Of a stretch of 64,000 nucleotides of DNA, positions 1 to 11,540 are shown one piece after another. Source of the DNA: Phoronis australis (taxonomy: Eukaryota > Animalia > Phoronida). How positions within the stretch are numbered: position 1 is the first letter of the stretch; the number at the start of each line of letters is the position of its first letter. The stretch lies in assembly GCA_002633005.1 (NCBI GenBank), contig NMRA01000272.1, forward strand, positions 124,001 to 188,000, read 5' to 3'. A program made the position numbers and the translations under genes. The notes below the pieces were generated by a model. The model was given only the letters and a program-made list of their open reading frames with translations. It was not told the origin of the DNA and ran no database searches.

Positions 1-207
1 CGGGTTCTTTGTCTCTGTAACTCTCATCATTTGTAAACCTGCGCATGTGCGATCCAGTCTCTCCAGCCTGCAATTTCCATCTTGTCACGGTTAGTGAGTT
101 GTGTGTGTAAACGGCCGCTTGACACGGAGCAATTTGATCCGTGTCAAGCTGCCGCGCCAAAAGTTGATGTCTAAACGGGACTTATGCCCTGATGTTAATC
201 TCACTCA

Positions 208-221
208 GTTGTCATAGCAAC
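208..221. promoter_or_regulatory. RFX-binding X-box in a CpG-rich putative promoter
   Basis: GTTGTCATAGCAAC matches the X-box consensus GTTGCCATGGCAAC at 12/14 with both outer arms intact; it lies in a CpG-rich patch (1-230) about 80 bp upstream of a GTGAGT donor at 302. Confidence 0.65.
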
Positions 222-301
222 GACATGAAGTAAAATGCTGGGTAGCACATAACTTCACCCTTATAATTCTTTGTTGCTGGACCCAAGTTTTTTCAGCATT
301 T
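222..301 (+). other. Putative non-coding first exon (5' UTR) of the LRR gene; start approximate
   Basis: Donor T|GTGAGT at 302; acceptor ATTTTCAG|GA at 5107-5108, 26 nt before the LRR ATG; linkage of the two sites is inference. Confidence 0.4.
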
Positions 302-1263
302 GTGAGTGGTTTTGAATTATTTGGAATTGAAACCATACCAGATTTTATGAGTTTTGACAAAGTTTTGATTTTTTCAACAAAATATTTAGTTTTAATGGAA
401 AATTATGTAGAATTTGATTTTACTTGAATGTTTGTTGTATTAATTCCCAAAATCGTGTCCAGCAATTTTAAACCCTAATGTGTCTAAAACTGATTGAAAC
501 GAACATGGTTTTAATTTTTACTAGTAGTGTTTGAAAACTCCCATTCACGTGCCACTGGTGTGCTCTGTTTAACGATATTTTGAGTAAAATATTTGTTTTG
601 TCTCCATTCCTGATCAACCATTTTTGCTGCAGTTTCAACATATTTCTCAAGTTCAAGTCATGCTTACTACATTACCATAAAGAGCTAGTGGACTGATCCA
701 TTTTCAAATAACCTGTATCAACACTTGTATTGCATTTCGTTCAATGAATTTGCAAAAAACTAATATTAGAAGGTCTATTTTGTGAGATTACAGGGCTTGT
801 TTACCTGTTAACTAAGGTGAAATGTAGCTTTAGGTGCTGTTTCTCTGGCAAATAATTTCTATGAAAAAATAGAAAGTGACATGAAGGGATCAGCAAAGGG
901 CCCGCGTCTTGGCTCTGCATTCCCATGGAGCTAACACACTATCCGACTCTGTTGACCACAGTCTGTGTTGGTCATTTGTGTTTGTCCAATAGAAGTGTGT
1001 GCTGAACCAAGATGTGCCAGGCTCTAGTGTTGCTTGGATACAGTAGAAAATACACTCCAGGGAATCAGTTATAAATTTAAAAAAGTCTTTCAAAGTTAAT
1101 CAAGGATATGTACTTCTACTAAAGATAACGTCAAAGGGACATTTCTATTTTTACGGCAAAAAATGCATTTTTGGAATTATTTTTGGACAAGATTGTCTTT
1201 TTGAAGTTGTTAGCTTTGACCAAGGCTAGGAAATAATAAAATTCATTGTTTTTTTGGTGATTG

Positions 1264-1419
1264 CAGTGCTGTAGTGGAGCGTAGGCGCACGTAGGCACAG
1301 CCAACCACCTTTTGGCATTTGAACGTAGCGCCTACGTACCGTAAGTTACGTTCAGTGCTCAAGGTGATACGGTGGGCTTTGGGCGCCTACTTACCTCTAA
1401 TTTTACCACTACAGTGCTG
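1264..1419. mobile_element. hAT-like MITE (156 bp)
   Basis: TIRs CAGTGCTGTAGTGG / CCACTACAGTGCTG (12/14); 8-bp flanks GGTGATTG (1256-1263) and GATGATTG (1420-1427) form a 7/8 TSD, the length typical of hAT. Confidence 0.8.
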
Positions 1420-3420
1420 GATGATTGTATTAAATTTATTTCCTTTGTCTGCCAGACATTTGCTGAAATCAAGCCAGCAGAGCATTGGACTGTGACTGCA
1501 AGTGTTCCTGGTTGGAGACTTTGCTGAAGCTGTTCACAGAATATCACTTTTCTTTCAATAGTGTCACTTTAAATATTAAATTATTCACTGGAAACCATTA
1601 ACCCCGCATGCAAAGTTCAGGTGCACAGTGGAGCCTCCTGTCTAACTTGGCTGTTAATAAAATCAACATTGGCACTGAATTCTGGTCTCTTGGTTTTGTA
1701 TTTGCACAACTGAAAACTTTGATGGTTCTTCATTTATCAAGGTTACAGAAAAGTGACCCATCCATCTGCGCAAGAATTGACAGCTTTTCTTGGTGACAGA
1801 GCTTTAATTATATATCCTGTTGGTGTGAATGATCTGGGTTTCTTTTGCTTACCGAAATTAACAGACTAAATATGGTTAATGCAAGAGTTCATAGCAAAGG
1901 ACTGCAGTGCTAAAGACCTGTTGTGGGCTGAGTTTTTTCATTATTCGTTTTGTTGGCGTTTTCTTTGTCTGCTCTGCAGTAAATGTTATCTGAATAAGCA
2001 GTAGCCCACGTGTGTCAATAGTCTGTAAAAGCTGGAGGGGAAATTCGACTCTCAGTGGAGGTAATTCTTCATCTCTTTTGCACACAGCTTGGTGGAAAGG
2101 GGTAGTTATGTTGTCAAACCTCTCAATAAAAATTTGTTAGCTTTCCCATCAAATACTAGCACCTCAACCGATAGGTTTTCTTAACTGTCAACAATTCACA
2201 AATAAGTCTGTAACATCTCGACCATTTAGGACACAATATGGTGGACTAGTGAATTTTTTTAATGTTTCAATTTTCATAAAAAATGTTTGGCACCAAGTTA
2301 ATAATTTATCATGTTGGAGTATTGTGCTTTATAGCTTTGGTTAGGCAATTTTAAAAAAAATTGCTGAAATTCACAACAGTGTTGGAAATTCTTGAAAAAA
2401 TGAATAAAGGGCAATTTTCTCAATTATGTTTGTCCAGAATGAAACATTTCATTTCATGATCATTTCAAAGCAAAGTTTTGGTACTACCATTTATGGTAAA
2501 TTTCAATTTTCAATGTTTTATGAATTGAAACAACTCTTAATATGTGTGGCAACAATCAATGTATCTTGCTGACTTGGAATCAGTTTTTAATTAATTGTTT
2601 AGGAATTTCATTTTCACTTTTATTTTCAGTGAAATTCTCATTGGAAGTATTAGCAACCATGAAATTAATTAATGTAGCAGTGTTAAAACACCTAAAATCA
2701 TGAGCTGGACATTTGCTCGAAAGCTAGGGTTTTTTGCTGTTAGAAGTGCTCCACTGTAGCTTCCATGTACTCAAACACGATAAAAACCAATTTTGGAAAC
2801 AATTTTTGTTCAGAATTGGTGACATTTTATGGCAATCTACGGTCATTTTAGTTCTCTAGTCTCCAGGGACTTTATTTGTGCCTCGTGAAATGAACTGTAT
2901 AATTTGTAGTAAAGGTATATTATATGAAAAACTTGTTACTAAATCATGGTGAATGTTGACTGAGACATAACTTGTTGCTTAATGTTCTAACATAAAGCCT
3001 CAGGTAACAGTAATTACCTTGCCTACTGTGAGAGTACAATCTTGTTAGTTCATTTCATGCTGTGTAAATTGCACTAAAACACCAGTTACATCACTGCCCA
3101 GAGCCATTTACCCAACAAGTCTTCTGTGGAAGTGGATTGTTGCTATTTAGTGAACAAAACATTCATGGTTTCTTATTGGTTCTTTCTTGTATCCTCACAA
3201 CTTGGTCATAACCCTGAGCTTTGCCACCCAATCAAAGCAGAATGTTACTGTACAATTCTTAGTGGTCGCATCCTTTCTGCTCAAACTGTGGTTATGTAGG
3301 ACATTGTTGACGAGTCTGCATTTATTCAAGACTATAAACTGTTGCTGTAAAAGTACCCTTAGATATATTTTTGAAAAACACTGAAAGCTTTGATTTTGAT
3401 TTTTTCACTGCTCTGCTGTC

Positions 3421-3750
3421 ATTTGGGTCACGTGACCATGACTTTTTATTCAAAGTTAGCAAAAAAGAATGGTACATTGATAGCAAAACAATGGCATGAA
3501 TAACAGATCAAATTTCATTAGATATATTAAATGTCCAAAACAAAGTCTCTAAAATATTGTTAGAGTTCTAAATTATCGTTGGGTTTTTGTTTTGTGCAAT
3601 TTTTTACTTTTTCATGAAAATAAAGTCTCGTCTTTGATAGCCCTCATGCAAAAATGAAACAATTTGAATTTAACAGCATTTTCTAGCAACATTTTGTAGA
3701 ATGTTGTGTAATGCTTCATATCTGACATTTCTGATATATGGTATTCCGAA
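3421..3750. repeat. Dispersed repeat, second copy at about 31212-31555; boundaries approximate
   Basis: Both copies share TTGGGTCA(C/T)GTGA(C/T)CATG..TTTT..AAA.TTAG..AAA...TAGCAAAACA and a terminal ATATGGT(A/G)TTCC(G/A)AA. Confidence 0.6.
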
Positions 3751-5134
3751 TTTAGTTAAGGGGTCTTATATAACCATAACAGTTTTTTACTACTCACTGA
3801 AATCATTATAAAAATAAGCTGATTTTTGCTATTAATCAGACAAACCGTTCTTTAAACTGTTTGTGTGGTGGATAGCGAACATCAAATGTTCTCATTGGTC
3901 TGTGCCATGTTACAGTCTTGTTGGCCAAATTAGCTCACCACTATTCATCGCCAAGTGATACAAATATGGGCAAAAACAGAGTAATTGGTTCTGGTATGTT
4001 TGTTTGGAAATTGATGCAGTGAAACCATATCTTTTAATTGTTCATATTTTAAAACAGAAGAAATCAACTGATCCCAGCTGAAATGTGTTATATCCTTATT
4101 TTCACCCATCAGCACTTGAAGTCTTCTAAATGGTCAGGATACTTGTTTTCTTTCCTATCGCCACCGATGTCAGCTTTTATGTGCAGGTTTCAAAATGAGT
4201 TGGGTGCTGACCAAAACCAATTGTGCAATTGTTTGCTCTAGCACCATGTTTCTGCCATTTTGAATTTTCCATCTAACCTGTTAAACTGTGAGTAACATAT
4301 GAGCAATGATATCAAGTTTGAGGTTTGCTGTATGAACAGTAAGAAATTTCGACAATTTTATAATTTGACTAATGATAATGTTGAAAAGTCTGTGGGGTGA
4401 ATAGCTAAAAATAATCTTGTAATACAACTGTGTTCTTATTGGACTAATAATTTTTACTTATACAAAAATAAGCCTGATGACCAACTTGGCCAGGGTAAAT
4501 AGTCATTTCCGTTACTTCTATATGAAAAAACGAGCATGGTTTATTCATTCATGCAGTTGTTTTCACTTTAACCATATCCTCATATTGGGGCCCAAGTCCC
4601 TATATCAGGAATAATGCATTTTTTAAAAGGTGAATTATTTAAAGCATTTTGCACGTGGGTGCAGGTTGCCACATGTAAAATCATCTGTTAAACTTGGATT
4701 TTTGTGTGTCTTTTGTCCATTCAAAGTGCTTTTCATGGAAATAGTAAATTTTAAATTGAAAAAACATCAGCATCTATTATTATGTCATGAATAAAGAGTC
4801 AAGCTTTTAGTACCGTAAATGGTACTTTTACTTTTGCTCACATATGGTAAAATTATTCTAATGAATTCATTTATGTTGATCTGATTTCAAAAATACGAAG
4901 CCAGGAATTAAATTGCATTTTAAATTTTCAAAAACTTGAAACCAGAATAATATGCATTTGGCATTTAAAACCTTTGTAGTTTTGTTGGCTGACTAATGTG
5001 TCTGGTTTCTTCATGCCACTGCCGTGAAAATGGAGCTAATTTTGAATACATTTGTTTTCTAGTCTCTGTTGTGCCCTGTCTGCTTAACGTCTATCATTTA
5101 ATTTTCAGGATTCATCCTCAGGACCGGCCTGGCA

Positions 5135-7531
5135 ATGTCTGGACGTAAAAGTGGAAAGAATAAAAAAGATGACCCTCCACCACCCATAGGGCCTGGCAGT
5201 CGCATTGTCTCACTGCCCAAATTTCTTAAGACACTGATCAAGATCAAAGAGGAATATGATTTCAAACTAGCTTTTGTGTTCTCCACTCAGAACTACAAAG
5301 TGATACCAGAGCATGTGTTTAAAAATGAAGAACTGGCTGAGAAAGTGACAAGGTTGATATTTCCCAACAATTTTGTGAAAAAGGTACCAAAGGTCTTGGG
5401 CAACTGTGAACGCCTTATTGAAATTGATTTAACAAACAATTTGGCTACTACACTTCCTGCTTCAGTGTCCCGACTTAAGGCTTTGGAAATTATTCGTGCA
5501 GACAACAATAAGCTGAAAGCTCTTCCAAATCCAATTCACAAGTGCACTTCTTTAACCTATGTCTATGCGTCACATAACAAAATTCGCAAACTCCCAAAGA
5601 AAATTGGGGATGCTAAATCTGTGCAGGAGTTGGTTGTTGCTCATAACTTGCTAAGGACAATACCAAAGACTATTTATAAGATCCCCATGAAGTTGGATCT
5701 GTCCTTTAACAACATCGAGAAGCTTCCTGATGTGAAGGTTAAAGGGGAAACCCACATGAACCAGTTGCACTTGCAGGGCAACAAGTTGTCCTTCCTTCCT
5801 GAAGGCTTTGAGTTGCTGAAGTGTCTCAACTACTTAGACATTTCACAGAACCAGTTTCAGGAGTTGTCTCCCCAAATTGGGCAGCTGCGGTTTCTAGAAT
5901 TCCTGGATGTTTCTAACAACGATCTGGAAGAATTGCCAGACTCACTTGGGAGACTGGAGTATTCATTGGTGACTTTCAAGGCCTCTGGCAACAGATTGTA
6001 TGAGCTGCCAGAGAGCATGGGGGAATGGAAGAAGATTGAGACGTTACATCTGCAGGAGAATCATCTGAGCAAGCTGCCCAAAACATTCACCAAACTGACA
6101 ACTCTGAAGGAAATTGATGTGTCGAAGAATAATTTGGAGAACTTAGATTGTGCAATGGGCTGGAAACAGGTTGAGACTGTTAAAGCATCAGAAAACAAAA
6201 TTGAATTTTTGCCTGAAGAGCTGGGTGCACTTGTCTGTCTGGTCACTTTGGACGTTTCCAGCAATTGCTTGATTGTTGTCCCGGACAAACTTGGCCATGT
6301 AGCGACTTTCAAGCATTTGCATGCAGCACACAACAAGGTCACCACATTCCCAGAGACACTTGGTCATTCTCAAGTACTTCTGACTGTAGACTTGTCTCAC
6401 AACAAGCTGTTAGAGTTGCCTCAAGATTTGCGTAAGTTACGTAACTTGGAGACGCTGAAAGTTGGACACAATAAGATTTCAGCTCTGCAGAAAGGTTGGG
6501 AGAAAACACTTCAGGGCCTGCAAGATTTTGACATCTCTGCTAGTCAAGTAACTGACCTTGTTCTGCCCAAGTCACTGACAAAATTGGATCTATCTGACAA
6601 TACTTTGAATAAGCCAGGTAAAGTTCTGAGTGAAGAGCTCAAGTACTTGACCTGGCTTAACATGTCTGGTATGCAAGTTGGTGAGCTGCCAGCCTCACTG
6701 GTCAAATTGCGCTTGGTTAGTTGGCTGGATGTGTCGCACAACGGCTTGATAGGATTACCCGATGGCTTTTGTAAGATGCGAGCATTAAAGTACTTGGACG
6801 TATCGAACAATGAGTTGCCTGAGATTCCAGAAAAAATTGGCAGCTTGAAAAATCTGCAGAGTTTGAATGCTGCCAACAATCAGATTGAAACATTGCCAGA
6901 GAGTCTGTTCCAGCTGAAGTCACTGCAATACTTGAACTTGTCAGAGAACCGAATCACGAGGCTGCCCAAAGATTTTGGTCTGCTCAACCTACTCAACACG
7001 CTAGACATCTCGGGAAATGCCATCCCCACAATACCAAATGAGAACATAGATATTATGGCGTCCATCAGAACATTTAGTGCTGCCAACAACCAGATTTTGC
7101 ACATGGCTCCTGACATGACCTACTTATATCATCTGGACACGCTGGATCTCTCCCAGAATGATCTCATTGATCTTCCAAATGACATTGTTAAAATGAAAGA
7201 GCTGCGAGTACTCAATGTCAAAGACAACCTTCTGGAAAGCTTGCCTGAAGGTGTCTGTAAGCTGCCAGCCATCAAGCAGTTGGATGCTTCTGACAACAAA
7301 GTCTTGGGTATGCCAAAAAAGATTGATGCATTGTCGAAAAAGGCTAAAATTGATGTTACTGGTCAGTCGTCCTCAAAGCCCAGGGTGCCCAAACCGAGGC
7401 CACAGGAAGAGATTGATGCTGAACTCGCTGCTGCTGAAGAGAAAGCAAAGAAAGGAAAAAAGAAGGGTAAAAGCGCAAAGGGGAGCCCTAAAGCGAATAG
7501 GAAAAAGGGGGCAAAATCAGCGGCAACATGA
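5135..7531 (+). CDS. Leucine-rich repeat protein (798 aa, about 28-29 tandem ~23-aa LRRs, Lys-rich termini), single coding exon
   Basis: Uninterrupted ORF with repeated LxxLxLxxNxLxxLP (e.g. LEFLDVSNNDLEELPDSL, LKYLDVSNNELPEIPEKI); splice acceptor at 5107-5108; no signal peptide, TM segment or other domain seen; candidate polyA signals ATTAAA 8213 and AATAAA 8300. Confidence 0.95.
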   Translation: MSGRKSGKNKKDDPPPPIGPGSRIVSLPKFLKTLIKIKEEYDFKLAFVFSTQNYKVIPEHVFKNEELAEKVTRLIFPNNFVKKVPKVLGNCERLIEIDLTNNLATTLPASVSRLKALEIIRADNNKLKALPNPIHKCTSLTYVYASHNKIRKLPKKIGDAKSVQELVVAHNLLRTIPKTIYKIPMKLDLSFNNIEKLPDVKVKGETHMNQLHLQGNKLSFLPEGFELLKCLNYLDISQNQFQELSPQIGQLRFLEFLDVSNNDLEELPDSLGRLEYSLVTFKASGNRLYELPESMGEWKKIETLHLQENHLSKLPKTFTKLTTLKEIDVSKNNLENLDCAMGWKQVETVKASENKIEFLPEELGALVCLVTLDVSSNCLIVVPDKLGHVATFKHLHAAHNKVTTFPETLGHSQVLLTVDLSHNKLLELPQDLRKLRNLETLKVGHNKISALQKGWEKTLQGLQDFDISASQVTDLVLPKSLTKLDLSDNTLNKPGKVLSEELKYLTWLNMSGMQVGELPASLVKLRLVSWLDVSHNGLIGLPDGFCKMRALKYLDVSNNELPEIPEKIGSLKNLQSLNAANNQIETLPESLFQLKSLQYLNLSENRITRLPKDFGLLNLLNTLDISGNAIPTIPNENIDIMASIRTFSAANNQILHMAPDMTYLYHLDTLDLSQNDLIDLPNDIVKMKELRVLNVKDNLLESLPEGVCKLPAIKQLDASDNKVLGMPKKIDALSKKAKIDVTGQSSSKPRVPKPRPQEEIDAELAAAEEKAKKGKKKGKSAKGSPKANRKKGAKSAAT

Positions 7532-8362
7532 ACACTAACTGGTACAGTGAGCATGTACACCCCTGAGGGGAAGAGTGCAGCTGAATTTGACTATCAAGTG
7601 CATTTGTTAAAGACATCACATGTGAATGTTTGTGTAGGTGTTTTGAATTGGGAACTTTTGTATTATTTTTACTTATATTTTAGTGGTTCATACCCTGTTG
7701 CTGACACTTTGTGCTAAGTCAATTAACAATTTTTAACATTTTCTATTGTATATTAATTCTTTCATTTGGAGTATGATGTGGGTAATATGTGGAGACTACT
7801 TTGAAACATAGGGTACAAAATATATTTGAAAGTATTTTTGAGTGACGTAAAGTGCAAACCAATTGAAATCAACAGGTTTATTGTAAAGAAAGTTGCTTTC
7901 AGATGTTTGAATAGTGTAAATGTTTAAACTAAATACTTTGGCAACTTTTGTTATTATTGAATTATTCTGAAACTTTATTGAGATGTTACATTTCACCTTA
8001 ACAAATGGGTATGATTCAATGTTTTTACATAGATTCGTAAATGTGTCCATTCAAGGTGTAGCAAGATTACAAAATAATTTTAGTTTTCATTTTCTCTTGA
8101 TGTGTTTCAATCAGTTTTCATTTTCTTGGTTTCAATCAGTTTCATTTTCTGGGTCAACTGTCTTTGCTCATAACTCTTTCCACACTTTAACATGTCACAT
8201 TTGATAGCTTTCATTAAATATTAATACCTGCGAGTTGTTTTTACACTTTTCAACAATACCTCTTGAGATTTGCACTTTTTCCAGCATTAAGTGGACAACA
8301 ATAAACTGTACTCAGCAAGCACTTATATATGGCCTGTAGGTAGGTTAACCAGACCTTTATCA

Positions 8363-8572
8363 GGGCGGGGGCTCTTATCTTTGTACTCTGAATAGGACTT
8401 GAAATTATTTTTGACATTTTCTTTTCTCCTTTTTGTGAATTCAAGATAAGTGTTTGTTACTCTACGCTTGAGTTGGTTTATCCTGGAGTTTCTAGTCCGA
8501 GGTCGCACATAATGACCCCCCGGAGCTACGAGTTCTAGTAAAACTAGAGATTTCGAGTTCACATTTGAAATT
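8363..8572 (-). mobile_element. Degenerate partial copy of the Harbinger-like MITE at 31718-32118
   Basis: ATCTTTGTACTC...GAAATTATTTTTG...CTCCTTTT..GAATT.AAGATAA...GGAGTTTCTA...ATTTCGAGTTCA aligns by eye to the reverse complement of about 31905-32118. Confidence 0.6.
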
Positions 8573-8964
8573 ATAGGGGGACATCAAGTGAAAAAATGAT
8601 GAGATAATAATCCACGTAAACCATAATGTACTTCAGTTAGCATAAGAAGGGGAATGGAGAATGCGAAAAAATATTTCTATTTCGAGCACAAATATTAGAC
8701 CCCGGATGAGAACATTTCCACGACTACTTCACGAATTACCTATTATAAAATTACGTATTCCACTCGTGATTTCTGTGCATGACTTTGGATTTCTATCAAG
8801 ACTATTTATGACGTTGCACAGTATTTCACTCCGGGGCTACTATCGCGCTATCAGGGTCAGCTGCTGGGAGAGCAACTGCTACTATAAACCATGCCCTGGT
8901 ATTGAAAACAACAAATTTCTTGCCATGCCTATTTTCTGTTCCCATGGAATGTCATCGCGTTCTT

Positions 8965-9124
8965 CAGTGGCGGATTTAAAGGGGGCAGGGTCGGCCATGG
9001 CCTCCCCCTCAAATTTTCCCAGATTCCATTTGGCAGTTCGGGGTGCGAATATCTGACGGGCAAAATCCTGACTAATACTCTGCACTGCCCCTTCCCTTAA
9101 CTTAAAATCCTGTATCCGTCCCTA
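8965..9124. mobile_element. Degenerate short MITE of the CAGTGGCGGAT...ATCCGCCACTG type (hAT-like)
   Basis: Left end CAGTGGCGGATTT, right end AAAATCCTGTATCCGTCCCTA, internal G/C runs; no TSD recognisable. Confidence 0.5.
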
Positions 9125-10139
9125 TTGTTGGTCCTTTGTTTGAACTGAAATTCGTTGCAATATTATCCCATTGAAATCCTCTGACAGTGCTGTCTTGGCC
9201 ACTGAAACTAACGCCCCCGATCGGTGTATTTGGTTAAAACCTTTATGCACAGTGTCAGTTAGAGCCTCGAGTTTTTGTAAAGTTTCTGGCCCAAGTGGGC
9301 CGAAAAGACACCTGTTCATGTCGAATTTGACGTGAAAAAAGACACCCTCAGTCCTAAGTGGCTCATCATTCAGGCCCCGCCTACATGAATATACCCAAGA
9401 CGAAAGGTACACTCGACACCATGACGCATGTCATGAGTTAATCAACACAGGAATATGATATCTGGAATCATTCAAAATAAAGTCGTTGTGAGTGCCATTT
9501 ATGCGATTGGCCAGTTATATTTTGGACGTAGATTCCTGAATAGAAATCATTACGTTTCACAAAAATAGAATTGCTCGCATTTTTGCATGAATTTCAAATT
9601 TTAAAAAAATTGAAATTCATTTTGCCGTCTTTTCGTCAAACTCGAGTCCAAGAACTTTAATTTTAATACCACTAGATGTGGACTGCCAGTCGCCACTACA
9701 TCACTGAAATTGATTTGATTAAAGACACGCACGAGATTACTGCAGGTGTATTTAGGCCGAAGTAAACAATTTTTCAAAACAACGCGGGTGATAATAGTGT
9801 TGGGATTCTCATCCATAATGGGTGGGGGTGTTCTTAAACATCTTTAGCAATCGAGTCCAACGTATTCCTGGGCTACAGGCTTGTAAGTACCTGAGACACG
9901 ACCATTTTTGTCGACCAGTCCGGCCTCCCTCTCCTCATTGCCATTTTTTTCCACCAGATACGGTTTTTCATGGATCCGAAAAATCCCCGCGGAAGTAATG
10001 CTTGACTGAGAGGCCAAAATACGGTAACGGCCAACCGATATGGAACGCCCATGAATCCCATTATGGAAAAAACCCTTTGTTCATATGAAACCCCTGCTAT
10101 AGGATGGACTCCAGGATGTATAACTACGAACATAAGACA

Positions 10140-10905
10140 GTCTAACGAGATTTCTGTTGCGACTGGACGTCAGGGCGGGAATTACATCACCAAGGAATTG
10201 ACACGACGATATCAGGATATCATCGTCAACGAAAACGTATTTTGCAGACGTGCTATTTCTTCCATTTTAAACAAGAATCTTTAGAAACTTTGTAAACGTT
10301 GTGAAGAGATGGCGTCATTACACACATTTTCTAGTAGGTACTAGATAGTACTTGAAATAGGTACTAGCCGATTCCAATCTTTTCCGACTCGTGATTTGTA
10401 GTAGTACAAATGACGTCAAGTCAAGCAGCGTAACATCGAAATCTCTCTCCCTCTCTCTCTAGTAAACGAGGGCAACAGGCTAGTCTTCACGTTGGTCTTT
10501 ACCTTTACTCAGTAGAAAAGTGCCAAGGTTGTGGGTTTGAATCAGTTATGGGGTTGATCTCAAATACATAAAATTGCTGCTGATATCAATTCAGTTAGGA
10601 CTCATTAGGATTCGTGTAAATCACAATTGTCTTGGGGTGACTAAAAGCCATTGTTATTGATTCTGTTGTCGGTCAACGTTTGCTCATTCCACACTTTCGG
10701 TCAATTGAAAAAACATCACCGTATTATCGTGCGATCATGGCGAATGTATAGTAACACACAATGCGTCAATTAATCTATACCCTAACAAGTTACCTTCGAT
10801 TTATCATTAATTTCATTTCCCTCGATCTCTTATACGGTTGTCGGATATTGCCTCGAGCCACTACCCCGACAAATGTTAGCTTAAGTAAGAGTCTTTATGG
10901 ACACG
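10140..10905 (+). promoter_or_regulatory. Putative CpG-rich promoter and 5' UTR exon of the coiled-coil gene
   Basis: CpG-dense; perfect CRE palindrome TGACGTCA at 10411-10418; YY1-like GATGGCG near 10308; (CT)n tract near 10442; donor G|GTAAGA at 10906 pairing with acceptor TTTTTCAG at 11445-11446. Confidence 0.4.
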
Positions 10906-11540
10906 GTAAGAAAAGGTGTGAATTTTTGTTAATAGGCCTAAATTTTGTCTGTGTGTGACTTTCAGTACAGTTTCGTCGCTGTTGTAGACGGTATTGTAAT
11001 AATATCAATTGCGTAGGTGCTTTTTCAGTACAATGCGCCTCGAAACAGAAGTACAGGCGGTGTTGTGTGGGGTTTCTCAACGAAATGTCCGCTTTAAAAA
11101 AATTTCGACATTTTATTCAGTTCCATCACCAAAATCAACCATGAAATGCCAGTGACCTGAGAACAGTATATTTTTATTTTTGTGTTTCTTTGTACAAACA
11201 ATGCAACCTTGTGCGGATATTTGTGGCTGAAATGTTTTTCGCGCCTAGTGAATGCGAATACTGTGTAGTGCAATAAAAAAAAGAAAATGACTATGCTAAG
11301 TGATCTTGTAAGATAATTTTTTTAGTTACTGGGAATTCAAAATTTTATGAGGATACCTTAGTGGTGTCATATTACAACTTTTACATGTGTAACAGAAAGT
11401 CTAATGTGCCCATATTGGTGCTGAATGGCTGTTATCATTTTTTCAGTTTGCCGCAGTTTGCTTTGACAGTCAAAACGAAGTTCACTACCACACGATGTTA
11501 TTTAATCGAGAACGGGACTTAACTTGAACCTGTATTATGA

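Noticed and set aside
5098-7560. Antisense and alternate-frame ORFs over the LRR gene (likewise over 11541-14429)
   Set aside because: Shadow ORFs of real coding sequence with no recognisable protein features
8661-10284. Cluster of 67-131-aa ORFs between the LRR and coiled-coil genes
   Set aside because: They overlap MITE fragments and a CpG-rich promoter-like region, and show no recognisable motifs or consistent splice structure
10490-10560. tRNA gene (B-box-like GGTTTGAATC); similar hints near 41480-41560 and 50740-50810
   Set aside because: No cloverleaf can be folded; at most decayed tRNA-derived SINE heads, too degenerate to call
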